From: the human T2T-CHM13v2.0 reference genome, Homo sapiens
Reading direction: 5' to 3' (one strand)
Assembly (NCBI RefSeq): GCF_009914755.1
Contig: NC_060927.1
Length of the DNA stretch: 64,000 nucleotides
Within the stretch, counting starts at the first letter, position 1. Each line of letters begins with the position of its first letter. The notes below the pieces were generated by a model. It saw only the letters and a list, made by a program, of their open reading frames with translations, was not told the origin of the DNA and did not search any database. This document shows positions 48,020-61,410 of the stretch, one piece after another. The translations under genes were made by a program, and so were the position numbers.

Positions 48020-49419
48020 TCATGATATTGCATCACAAATTTGTATAAAGCATTAACTCTTTTTGGTTCCTTCAGATATGTTGTTGCATTCTACCTTAAC
48101 AATAATAAGTGTAGTACTGTGACACCTTCAAAGACATGGTGCCTCCTCCAAGCCTGAAATACTCTGTGGTTCATCTTTTCCCTATGAGTTTGATCCTACG
48201 GCTCAGAAGGTGACACTTTTTACAATACAACTTCATTCATTTTAGAGCTTGCTTTCTCTGATGATTTGGGATCTTACCTATTTTGCCACCATTTATTAAT
48301 CTTAGAGCTCCTCAGACACAAGGTTTTCATTTAATATTTAACTTTGGCCCAGAGACATTTTTAAGTTTCTCCAGCCCAAGTCTTGGAAAAGAGCTAAGGA
48401 AATGTAGCCAGGAGAACTCTACAACAATGTTTTTAAAACCTCATATGTCCAGATTTAAAACTACATACATTTATCTTTTCTTCAGGAACAGCAATAACTC
48501 TAAGCTGACAAGATTTTTATTAATATTCTTGGTAACAGCTGGTGGACCCAACATGTTTTTTTGGAAAAAGAAAGAAACCTCAAATACCTTTCATTCACCC
48601 GTGATGACCTGGCTCAGTCCTTGAGAGGATTAGGAGCATTTCTTTCATAAAGTCACATTTCATTAGGATGAATGTTTTGCCGCAACCCAACTATATTGTA
48701 GCCCATCATCACCCTTTCAGTTGATTACCAAAAAGTGGATCAACATATAAGGCATCCTGCCACTGAACCTCTGAGTCTTAACATGCAGCAAGGTATAGAG
48801 GTGTAAGATATTATAAAAGACAAAGCAAATGCCCCAAAATAAAGGAGTGAGAAGTAAAGATAATACTAATGATAATAAAGTCATATTTTTCAGAATGAGT
48901 TAGCATGAGAAACTAATACTAGAAGAATTATATCAATTTCCTGGGCCTGGAACGAGAATATTGCCCATTCTCCTGTTGAAGGTGATATAAGGAGATTGTC
49001 ATGAACAGTAAAATACAATGGAAGCTTGTCTGCATAAAAGTAACATTTGATTGAGATCGGTACATAACTAATCCCATTTCAAATTGAAAATAAAATCAAA
49101 ATTGGCGACAGTAAGGCAAATTATTGGCAGAGTTGTAAGGGCAAAGTAAACATTCTTTTTCTCAGAAAGGTCCTACATTCCTGGATAAGGGGCTCCCATA
49201 AACTCAAACTCTTGAAAGTTAAGGAATACCGAAAGACATTTTCTTTTTTGCACAGTTGTTCCTACAATCAAGCTCCAAATCACCTGGTCTGATTTTACAT
49301 GTACTAGAAGGATCACATGGGACTCAAAGTTTGTAATCTGCTGATAGCAAATAGGACTGTCAGATGGTATGGGCTATTGCACACTAAGAGCTCTCATTTA
49401 TGAATCACTAGCTACCAGA

Positions 49420-49625
49420 TACTTTTCAGAGTACTGTATATGGAGAAATCTCATTTACCCTTAACAGCACCCAAATGTAATATGTATTTCTAGATATCAC
49501 CATTTTACAGGTGAAGAGCATGGGGTAAGTGATTTGACCAAGGTCACATAGACCATGAGGGGCAGAGACAGCACTGAAGCTTAAGGGTCTCCTTTAGATC
49601 TCATACACATAACTTTCCTGCTATG
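49420..49625 (-). mobile_element. MIR
   Basis: ccattttacaggtgaaga...gtaagtgatttgaccaaggtcacatag...ggcagag. Confidence 0.65.
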
Positions 49626-50074
49626 CTGGTTGTCATACACTTACCATCTTACCAGTCAGAATTCTCAGTAAACAGCTTTCTGAGTACCTGATAGAAAATG
49701 TTAGTACAGAGCCAGGTTGGTGCAGTCCTTGGACACCATCCTCACCCTTCCTAGTGTCCCCAGTCTCTAACTCTACCGGAGGTCTTCCTCCCTGAGAAGC
49801 TATACTCTCAGAAACTCTCCATCTGCCCAGTCCTTCATTCCAACTGGTACCTTCTAACTGGGACAATGGTCTCCATTAGAGAATAGGTAAAGGTTAATCT
49901 TATCAAAGTTATTCACACACATGTGAATTCTAGGTTATTCATGTGTGTGAGTGACTTCGTAGGATAACTCTATCAGAGAGTACTTGCATTTCAGAAGAGG
50001 GTTTTGTTAACTCAAATGAATCATACAGGAAAGGATTTTGTTGTTATTTGGTTGCTTTTGTGGTGCCTGTGGTA

Positions 50075-50300
50075 TAAAGAGCACAGCATATGGAGTCAGA
50101 AAGAAGCTGAAATCCTAGCTCTGTCAATATCAGGTATGTAAAATTGTGCAAATAACTCAATATTCTGAATCTCTGGTTCCTCATCTTATTTTTAAGTTGA
50201 CAACTCTTCATAGTAGTGTTGTCACAATTAAATAAGATGATGTATGTCTGGCACCAAACACACTGCCTGGCATATGAAGGGCATCTAATAAATGTCAGTC
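50075..50300 (+). mobile_element. MIR
   Basis: aaagagcacagcatatggagtcaga...aaatcctagctctgtca...tctgaatctctggttcctcatc...ctgcctggcata...aataaatgtcag. Confidence 0.8.
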
Positions 50301-50592
50301 CTTATCCTATCCTCCAACCATTTCCCGAAGGACAAGAGCCATGGGGCTAACCCCTGACATAGACTGCCATCATTTTACCAGGGACATTGGATTGACAAGG
50401 TTTCTAGTTGTTGATAAGCGCAGACATTCTGCTATCTGCCTCCTTGGTAGCCTGCCAACTATTCATGTGCTTCTTGGAAAAGGAAACTTTTCCAAAAGGC
50501 AGGGACTTCAGAGGGCTGGTGAGACAGTGTCCTGTCATTAAAGCTTCACTAGAGATTGGCATTCCCAATATTAGCATCATGTTGCTATATGC

Positions 50593-51434
<842 letters not shown>

Positions 51435-51734
51435 AATGCCAAAATGGCCTAGCCTGCTTTTTAAAGAGATTCATCTGCATTGCCTACAAATTTATTTATT
51501 CACTCAAAAACATGTATTCATCAACTACCATGTGTCAAATGTTGTGCTAAGCACTTAAGAGTGCAGAAGTAAATGACAGCCAGGGAATTGGGTTTCCTGA
51601 TAGCACAGGTGACAATAAAAGAGAGAATGGAAAAGAGGTGTTCTACCAAGAGGTACACACATATATGCATATACATATATACTCACAAGACACAGAATCA
51701 TACTCAAAGGACAGTGATTAACATCCATGGTGTC

Positions 51735-52310
51735 ATCCATTCAATCATTTTTTTCCACACTTTTTGGAGCACCTACTATTTGCCAGCCACTGGGGAAACA
51801 GCGCGGTGATAAGATAGGCCAGGTCCCTTCTCTTGCAGAGTTTAAAAACATGGCAGAGGAGATAGGCAATGAATAAATTAAATAAGCAGGATAATTTCAG
51901 CTATTGAGAATGCTATGAATGAGGCCATGTGATAGAGAGTGACTGGGTTTGCGCACTGCCTTCGCCAGAGTGGTCAAGGAAGTCTTGTCTGAGGGGACAG
52001 CATTTCCCCAAGACCTGCATGACATGAAAAGGGGCCATTCATGTGCAGAGCTGGAAGAAGACCTTTTGGGCAGAAAAACAGCTTGCCCAAAGGCCCTGGC
52101 AGAACCAACTTGGTGAATCCAAAGAACAGAGAGAAGGTCAGTGTGGCCGATGCTTATTCAACAGGTGGAAATGGAATTAGGGACAGGAAAGAATCAGACA
52201 AGATAGGGATCTGTAAGTCACCAAAGGGAGTCTGGATGTTATTCAAAGAATAATTGGAAGGTATTGGAGGGTTTTTAAAAGAATGCTGTGACCTAATTTA
52301 CATTTGTTAA
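51735..52310 (-). mobile_element. L2 LINE fragment
   Basis: gagcacctactatttgccagccactggggaaacagc...gtggtcaaggaagtcttgtctgagg...caaaggccctgg...ttggagggttttt. Confidence 0.8.
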
Positions 52311-53130
52311 ATAAGAGAGAATATTCATATAATCCCACTCTAACAAAGTTAAATACATTCATGAAAAGACTGATGACCATTTTTGAACAATTGCAAATTA
52401 AAATATACTAATTCTAACTAGAAGTTTAATTTTAGCATCACTAGGTTAAATGCAATGACTGAGAAGTCATTTGAGGATATTTCAGTGACCTGGAGGTCTA
52501 TAATGACCATCATTTATTAGGTGTGAGGAAAAAGGTGTCTTTTAAATTCTGGCCAAGAAGATACCAGGCAACGTAAACTCCACTTGAAATTAATGCCCCT
52601 CAAGCCTAATGTGCTTTCTGCAAAACAGTCATGGTTGAGCGGGAGCCTTTCTAGCTCATCAAGCTAGTTTTGTGATGTTAATTCTGTGCAGCTAAGAATA
52701 AGCCAGCATCTCTTCTGTGTTTTGCTTTCATGAAAATCCCATAATGCTAACTGTGAAGATGCTAATGGACCAAAAGTGTAATACTAGGCATGGCTAGGTT
52801 TTCAAGGGATCTTAGCTCACCCCCTCTGTAGGATGAGGTGTCCATATGGTGCCATATGGGGACATTAAGAAGCCACCTTCCCTCAAAGGTCCTCTGAGTG
52901 AGCCTCAGACTCCTGGCTTCCCCATCACAAATTCCTCCTTGGGTGACCAGAACTCTAGTAAAAGACAACTGTTTTATTCTGAAGGAGTAATCCAATGATA
53001 CCATTGTCAGTCATGAATACCTTCCAATGTTGGTCTGTTAAAGTATCCAGTTACTACCTAGCAAAGCCCACATGCATTTTTTCTTAAGTCAGAATTCCAG
53101 GAAGCCCAAACTGTGGCTTTAAGATCACAT

Positions 53131-53668
53131 CCATAAATAAATAATAGTACATCCAGACAATGGAATATTATTGAGTGCTAAAATCAAAGGAGTTATCAAG
53201 CCATGAAAAGACATGTAGGAATCTTAAGTGCATATTACTAAATAAAGAAGCTAATCTGAAAAAGCTACATACTGTATAATTCTGGAAAAGGCAAAACTAT
53301 GGAGACAGTAAAAAGATGGGGAGTTTTCAGCGGTTGGGGAGGGTGAGTAGAGAAGAAAGAACAGGCAGAGCACAAAGGATTCTTGGAGCGGTGAAACTAC
53401 CCAGTACAATACATGTCATTATGCATTTGTCAAAACTCATAGAATGTACAACACCAAGAGTGAACACTAATGTAAAATGGACTTTGGGTGATAATGAGGT
53501 TTCAGTGTAGGTTCATCATTTGCAATAAATGCAACATTGCGGAGCAGGATGTTCATAATGGGGGAGGTTGTGCCAGTGTGGGGGTAGGAGGAATATATGG
53601 GAACTTTGTACTCTCCCATATATTCCTGTAAACCTAAAACTGCTCTAAAACATAAAGTCAGTTTTTAG
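53131..53668 (+). mobile_element. L1MC1-like 3' end
   Basis: tacatccagacaatggaatattatt...tcaagccatgaaaagacatg...ggaaaaggcaaaactatggagacagtaaaaagat...gaatgtacaacaccaagagtgaac...gtaaacctaaaactgctctaaaa. Confidence 0.85.
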
Positions 53669-53949
53669 AAATTAAGTGATACACGGCAGAATGAGATAAA
53701 ATTAGATCTTATTAAAAATGGGGAGCAGGTTTATGTGGAGGATCTCAAGGAGTAACCCCAAGCAGCATGATGGGGATGCCAAAGGATCCAGGGCTCACCA
53801 AACAATGGCCAGAACTCATAGGGAGTGTGTTTTGTGGCCTCCTGGAGAGGATATTGCCAGCCTGAAGATGTCTGTACTAATGGGAACAAATAACCCATAC
53901 ATAACAATGAGGCATTGATGCCATGTAGTCTTCCAGTGTCTTGAATCCA

Positions 53950-54200
53950 GAGTAGTCCTAACGAATGAGGCCTTTGGAGACAGACCAGCAGATTCAAATC
54001 CTACTATGCTACCTATTAGCTGTGTGATGACCTCAGGCAAGTGGTTTAACCTCTTTGGGCCCTCATTTCCTTGTCTTCAAAATGATTATAATAATAGCAA
54101 CTGCCTCCCAGGGTTACTGGGATTGTATTAAATGGGATAACTTATTTGTAAAGCATCTAGCGCAGTGTCAGAACTTGGTAAACCTTCAATCAAAATTTGT
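53950..54200 (+). mobile_element. MIR
   Basis: ttcaaatcctactatgctacctattagctgtgtgatgacctcaggcaagtggtttaacctctttgggccctcatttcc. Confidence 0.85.
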
Positions 54201-54832
54201 GATGTGACTGAATATAGCCATTATTAGTAGAGCGTAATAGTGTTTGAAAACAGTCTAAGCCCTCACAAAATATGTGTTGTTTGAATTGTTAATAATAACA
54301 AGACTTCAATTAGGCCATGGCAGTTCCAGTTTAATGCCTGGCTTCCACGTCATAGTGAGCAGGCTCTTCTGGGTTTTTAAGGGGAATGGCAGCCAAGAGT
54401 GAGCCAAACCCTCCTCTAACCTATTATCACTGCATTTTAGTACGAAGTTTCTCCTCTGATTGTGATCTACACCTATATGTTTCATGAGTAGGACAAGATA
54501 AAATGAAGCCTCAGCTGCTATTATTTCTATTCATGTAGAATCTTTATTGTGGGGATCTTTATTTTAAAAGTAACTTTGTATTAACTTGAGGTCTTTAAAG
54601 GAAAAGCTTTAGGTAAATTATAATATATAATTACATTTTATGTGTTTAATCCAAAAGGTACTTTAACGAATGCTGGAAATGTTTATTTCTATATCCAATC
54701 AGAACTCAGGATCACGCATAGCTTACCCTATGTAGCTTACCCTGTGTTTCTGTACCACTATGCCTGCATTGATAACTATGCAGGGGAGAGAAATGATAGG
54801 TTAGAAAATGAATAGATGGGTAAGTAGATGAT

Positions 54833-54840
54833 TATATATA

Positions 54841-54893
<53 letters not shown>
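54833..54893. repeat. Compound (TA)n/(TG)n microsatellite at the Alu tail
   Basis: Read directly, contiguous with the T-tail. Confidence 0.9.
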
Positions 54894-54911
<18 letters not shown>

Positions 54912-55200
54912 TTTTTTTGAGACCGAGTTTCACTGTGTCACCCAGGCGGGAATGTAGTGATGCAATCTTGGCCCACTGCAACCTCCGCCTACCAAGTTCA
55001 AGTGATTCTCCTGCCTCAGCTTCCTGAGTAGCTGGGATTACAGGCGCCCACCACCACGCCCAGCTAATTTTTGTATTTTTAGTAGAGATGGGGGTTTGCC
55101 ATGTTGGCCAGGCTGGTCTCAAACTCCCGATCTCAGGCAATCCACCTGCCTTGGCCTCCCAAAGTGCTGGGATTACAGGCTTGAGCCACCACGCCCAACC
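54894..55200 (-). mobile_element. AluS (Sx/Sq-like)
   Basis: Full antisense dimer. Confidence 0.95.
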
Positions 55201-57635
55201 CGATAGACATATATTTTTTAAAAAAGAATTTTCTTCACAAGTTATGATGCTATTTGATTGTGTTAGAAGCCGGAACAAGTAGAACCCAGCAGTAAGAATC
55301 TAGTATGGTTCCTCTAAAAAAATCCAGAATATCATTATATGCCAAAAAATATGTATATTTAGTCATTCTTAGCCTGCCTCAGAGTTCTTATGAATAACTC
55401 ATCATTTTTTTCAGTGTGCACCTGTATAAGGCCAGGTACTCATAGAGATCATTCAAAAGCTATTTATGTTTGCTACGCAATGTCTTCCATTTGCATTCTT
55501 TTGCAAGTCTTGTTCAGACTGATATTAAAATAAGTTTGTTTTTTATGGATACACATCAAGGATTGGAGAGCAGAAGAAGCCTAATCACATGCTGGGAGAT
55601 GGAGAGAAGCCAGCATGAGATTGTAAAAATGTTGGCAACTATTACCCAAGCCCAACATGTGTGTTGGGCTGTTCATATCCAGCCCAACACACGTGAACAA
55701 GAGTTTAATGTTTCCCTGTTACTCATTTCACAGAGATTGAAACTGACAGAGGGAAGGAGTCTGAGCAGTGAACTCCTCAGCTAGGCAACGCCTCTAGACT
55801 GTGAGTCATTCCAGGACAGGAGCCTCATTCTCCACTCATTAGTGAGTCTCCAGCACTTGTTGTGTCTCAGCACTTGCTAAGTACTAAAAAAGGTGATCAA
55901 TGAATTAATTAATAGGTGAAAGCATTTCTCTGCATTCCTCTAGTCTTAGACCTCCAATCTTCAAGTTGAACACTAGAATGATCTGGAGGTTGTTGAGCAA
56001 ACCAAAGTAAATGGCCAAGCAATGTTTATTAGGGAAAATGTATAGAGGAAGAAACAGTGGTAGGTGTGAGGATCCCTTGTTATGTTGGCACATTCCTGGC
56101 TAGGGTCATACACAACGATCCAGCAGGCCTGAAAGACAGACACCACAAGAGGTCTCCTGCCCCTTGGATTATAAAGCATTTAAACTACATGATTAGAGAA
56201 GCATCAGCCCTTCCCCTGATGTGATCAGGGATAAAATACCAATATGACACAGCAGAACCTGGGCTCCAGTCTCTCCTGGCCACTCATCAATCATGGCTAA
56301 AGAAAGCACCAGGCTGTCTGGTGCTCTCCCATCTGGCATATGAGGTTCAAGTCTTATAACTTAGCTATTTAACATGGTGGGCTAGTGGCAGGATTTGCCC
56401 CATCCATGTGCATGTTTGGGAAGCACGAGACCCTCTTTTGGCAAGATATGGGAAAAGAGGGCTGGGGTCCAAGCCTTGCCAATGACCAGGATTTTTTGTC
56501 TTATGCGTAAACTGTAGCCAGTTTCCGTGGAGCTTTGGTGGAGGTCAGTTCCTTTCCTGGGAGGCCAGGCTGCAGGAGATTCCTCTTGAATACATTAACT
56601 CTTGTCTCTAAGTGGTGATGTGATAGACACAAATTAATCGTGCCATGATGGCCAGCCTCTCTTCCCAGAAACTGTGAGAGAGGCTTTGTGATGAGGCTAG
56701 GCTTCTCTAGGGTTCCTGTTACCTTGTACCTCCATGTTACTCTCTACCTATTCCCAGCCAGGGCAATCCACCTATACCTCCCAGACTGTCCCAGGCCCAA
56801 TACTCCTAAATTTCCTCAGTCCCAGTTCCTTGGGTCCTGTTCTCCATTATAGATCAATCATCTGTCATACAAATCTTTGGACTGTGGGTAAGTCACTTAG
56901 CTTCTGTAGGCTTCTGGCTTTTCTGCTGCAAGATAGTCACAAAATCTGGGTATTGAGGAAAAGATCCCTCCAAAAGAGGCACTACCATCTAGTGGACTAT
57001 TTTCATTTATTCCTTATTTTGTTTGCTTACAATTCTGGAACTTTAATAGAAATTTCAGGCACACAGCAGACCTATGGAGGAGGTATTTTGAGTTTTAATG
57101 CCACCCTACTTATATCACATTGGCATTTCCTTCTTGCTTACAAGAAGTTGGCCCCTGAACCAGTGAGGAAGAAGATGATTTTGATTCAGTGTCCCACTGT
57201 GGCCTCTGAAGGACATTAGTCTTTACTGTGTTTCAAGTTCAAAGTGATCTGATGAGATTGTAAGCACCAGATGGGACTCAGAAACCTGGGAAAGGGCAAA
57301 GAATCAGGGAAACCACAGGTAAAAGAGAAAAGGGGAAAAAACAGAAAGTCTGATAAGGAAAGGAAGCAGGACTGGGTTCTTTGTATTTTTTTTCATGTCT
57401 GTCTTTGCCTTGGATTGACATTGAGGCAGAAGTGACCTTTAAGTTGTGCCTGAATCCTCTACAGCTCCTAGCATGGTAGTTCAAAAATGTTTGTTGAATG
57501 GGATAAACAAGAAATCTAAAGTGGTGTGTGGTCATGAGCTCAGGGGAATGGGTCATCAACACTGCCCCAAACTTCACTGAATGTCCCCTGGTTAGTTTCA
57601 CTTTGTAAGCAAAAAAAATTAGGAATAAATGAACA

Positions 57636-58261
57636 TGTTACCGGAAAGGGGTCCCAATCCAGACCCCAAGAGAGGTTTCTTGGATCTCACACAAGAAAGA
57701 ATTTGAGGAAAACCCATAAAGTGAAAGCAAGTTTATTAAGAAAGTAAAGGAATAAAAGAATGGCTACTCCATAGGCAGCGCAGCAGCTTGGGCTGCTTAG
57801 CTAAGAATACTTATAATTGTTTCTTGATTATATGCTAAACAAGGGGTGGATTCATGAGTTTTCTGGGAAAGGGGTAGGCAATTCCCAGAACTGAGGGTTC
57901 CTCCCCTTTTTAGACCGTATAGTGTAACTTTCTGAAATTGCCATGGCATTTGTAAACTCATGGTGCTCGTGGGAGTGTCCTTTATCATGCTAATGCATTA
58001 TAACTAGCATGTAACGAGCAGAGAGGAGGGCCAGAGGGCACTTTCATCACCATCTTGGTTTTGGTGGATTTTGGCCAGCTTCTTCACCACAACCTGTTTT
58101 ATCAGCAACATCTTTGTGACCTGTATCTTGTGCCGGTCTCCTATCTCATCCTGTGACTAAGAATGCCTTAACCTCCTGGGAATGCAGCCCAGTAGGTCTC
58201 AGCCTTATTTCACTCAGCCCCTATTCAAGATGGAGTTGCTCTGGTTTGAATGCCTTTGAGA
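57636..58261 (-). mobile_element. MER41 (B/C-like) ERV1 solo LTR
   Basis: tgttaccggaaaggggtcccaatccagaccccaagag...gaatggctactccatagg...ttgccatggcatttgtaaac...ccctattcaagatggagttgctctggtttgaatgcc, 626 bp. Confidence 0.92.
57861..57890. promoter_or_regulatory. Tandem STAT GAS motifs in MER41
   Basis: TTCTGGGAA (57861-57869) and TTCCCAGAA (57882-57890) both fit TTC-N3-GAA. Motif only. Confidence 0.65.
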
Positions 58262-59435
58262 AAAATACTCCACTAGAGAGTAGTGCCTGTCTTGGGGGAA
58301 TCTTTTCCTCAATACCCAGATTCTATTACCGTTTTACAGCAGAGAAGCCAGAAACCTATAGAAGCTGAGTCACAGAGGCTGGTGGCGAGCTCAGGACAGA
58401 CACCACATTTCCCAGCTCTCAGAGTTAGAACTGTGAGATTCAGATGGATGAATAAAATATAAAAGATGGGGAAAGTAAAATAAATTGCAGACTGCACAAA
58501 GTTGAACTGGAATCATGACAACCAATCCTTAATCTGTTTGCTATTAGGGTGGAGAACAAGATGGCATTCTGCTCCTCTGGAATTCAGACACACTTTCTGG
58601 TATTTAAAGGAATACAAGGAAAGCTCACACAGACTGAGCTGGGTCTCTTTATAGTGTAAATATCTTTCCAATGGGAAAAAAAATTACTGAAAGATGGTAA
58701 GTTTGTCTTCTGACAATATTTCCCAGACGTTTTTCTAGTGTTAACAAAGCTCTCTTGGAGTGTAACTGTTTCTGAGGAGTGGTAACTTTAAAGCAAAACG
58801 AAGGAAAATTTCAATAAGAACCAAGCTGCCCCAATTCTCCCTTTATTTTTAAACAGAACCATCAAAGGGCAGCTAACGGAAATACACTTAAGTGGCATTA
58901 ATTCATCCTGAAGAGAACTCTCAAAGAGTTTTATTGCTACATAAGGGAAAGCTATAAACCAGCAGGAGAGGAAAGCAAAGAAAATAAGTCTGGGGAGACA
59001 TCTTGTGTAAGAAAGTGAGCAGGTGGTCAATAATGTATCCTTGGCTGGTTTCCACAGCAAGAGACAGAAATTCATGGCAAGGATGTGGCCCACAAAACAG
59101 ACTATCACAGAGAAAAGAATTGTGGAACTTTGCAAAGTGCTGTTGAAGAGTTCACATGAATATGAAATAATAAAATAATAAAATGCTCATCTCCCCTCCT
59201 TTTTCTCAACACCTATCCCATTTCATGTTAATACTCGACTCCAATAGCCTACTGCCTGACTCTGTCCAGTCCCTGGCATGATTAAAGACAACAACAACAA
59301 CAAAAATAACTAAGATGGGTAGGGCCAACGACAGTGAGTTTTTAGACCTAAAAGTAACATTGGGGTCACTTAGTCCAACAATCTTGGTTTTACGAACAAG
59401 GAAATGGGTCTTAGAGGTTACTTTTGTAGAGAGAG

Positions 59436-59626
59436 AGAGAACTTCAGAGCTTTTTCCTTGCAATGAGAAGTCTTAAATTGCATATTCAGACTGGAGATTT
59501 AGAAAAATGCCTCTACGATCTTGTCATTCAGCTCAAGCTAAGCCTAAGAAATTTATCATAGGTATAAAGAGAATCTTACAAGTATCCTGAAAATGAGTAA
59601 AAGTTATCACTGATCTCAAGAATATT
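59436..59626 (+). repeat. ~190-bp dispersed direct repeat, copy 1
   Basis: ~91% identical to 60779-60968. Confidence 0.95.
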
Positions 59627-60778
59627 TTACCATCGGTCAACCCTTCATCATTCTTTACAGGGCTTTTAAAATAAAAAAAAAAAGGCACTCTTTATTAATT
59701 TCTAAGGAAGAATGGCTATTATATAGGATTTTCCATTCTTGTAAGCTGGCAGGAGACCTCAGCACACAAAATCAGGAGAGTAAGAATGAAAACAGTAGGC
59801 ATGGGGAAGAGTAACATCGATCCAGTGTTCGGGTGCTCTCTCAGTCATCATACTACCAAGATGGTATTTCAACACTTAGAAAAGGGGTAGGCAGGATGAA
59901 AATGGTGCCATTTGACAAGCATTTGTCAAGACTACTTTCTGCACAGTTATGAACTAAGTGCAAAGAGAATTCCCAAAGATAAAGGTTTGATTCTATTCCC
60001 CCAGACACTTGAGTGAGCTGTTACATGGCATGTCCCTCCCCAAACCAGCTTCTAGAATTTATCACCAAGAATTAGTTTTTCAAAATAAAATGCATTACAG
60101 ATTTGCTTCACTTAGGGGGAAATTAACCTTTTGTATTTCAACAAATGCCTATGGCTAAATATTGTTTGAGATTTATTTGGCATTTTAGATGTGAGGATAC
60201 TACTTTTCACTATGTATAAAAAGAAGTATATACTGAATTAAGTCTGTGTTTTTTCATACACAAAATTATGTAGAGGTCTATGGGTAAGGAATGAATTTTT
60301 TAGACATAACTGTTTAAATATGGTAAACAATAAATAAATGTTTGTTGTAGCAATATTATTATTCAAGTCCCCCAAAACAGCATGGAAAGATAAAGCTAAA
60401 AAAGTGATTGTAAGCTGATGATTTTGCTGACCTAAAGGTTTATATATGTATTACTTGTGGATTTTACTTCCTTCAGCAGTAAAAGATAGCCTAAATTCTG
60501 TAGTCACTCCCACAAGGGCAACCTGCTGCTATCACCTGGCAGAAATGTCTTCAGTTCTCTGAATTTCAAAGCCAAAGCCCTTTGCAGTCAATACAAAGAA
60601 GGCTCCTCAGAGTGGCCAGTTTTCTGGGGGAAAGGGAGCAGGACGAGATCCAGCCTTTGAACTAGTGTTTCCATGTGGCTAACAGGTAGGAGACGCGCCG
60701 CACTGAAGTGGGCAAGCAGATATAATATTTGTTACTCACTTATTAGAAACTGTCTTTACCTTGCCTTTCTTCAGACAA

Positions 60779-60968
60779 AGAGAACTTCAGAGATTTTTCC
60801 TTGCAATGAGAAGTCTTAAATTGCATACTCAGACTGGGGATTTAGAAAAATGCCTCCATGATCCTGCATTCAGGTCAAGCTAAGCCTAAGACCTTTAACA
60901 TAGGTATAAATAGAATCTTACAAGCATCCTGAAAATGAGTAAAAGTTATCATCGATCTCAAGAACATT
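60779..60968 (+). repeat. ~190-bp dispersed direct repeat, copy 2
   Basis: agagaacttcagag.tttttccttgcaatgagaagtcttaaattgcata...cctgaaaatgagtaaaagttatca..gatctcaagaa is shared with copy 1. Confidence 0.95.
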
Positions 60969-61164
60969 GAGCCAGGGGACAATTGGTCAGCCTAGTTTTC
61001 GAAACAGGTCTGGAGCAGTGTGAAAACAAAAACCATTACCTTACAAATTCTTCCAGATGAGACTGCAGTGAAGCAAAGTGTCACGGAACGTGTGCTCAAG
61101 ATCCCATCTATTATTACCACTGCTCCTCCTCCACCACCACCCCTGTTTTCTTTTTTTTAATTTA

Positions 61165-61410
61165 AATAATAGCTAACACTTATAAAGTGCTTAGTATCTA
61201 TATTAGACACTGTTGTAAGCACTTTATTGTATTAATTCCCTTAATCTTCTCAACAACCTCATAAGACAGATAATGTTATCATCAGCAGCAATTTATCAAA
61301 AAGAAACCAAGGCACAGACAGGTTAAGTAACTTGCTTAAGATTACACAGCTAATAAGTGATGGAATCAGGATTTAATTCAGGCAATTTAGCTCATACTTT
61401 CTGCTCTTGC
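61165..61410 (-). mobile_element. MIR
   Basis: aataatagctaacacttataaagtgctta...aatcttctcaacaacc...gaaaccaaggcacagacaggttaagtaacttgcttaagattacacagctaataagtgatgg. Confidence 0.9.

Noticed and set aside
56734-57219. 161-aa ORF
   Set aside because: No recognisable homology or exon context, and consistent with a chance ORF.
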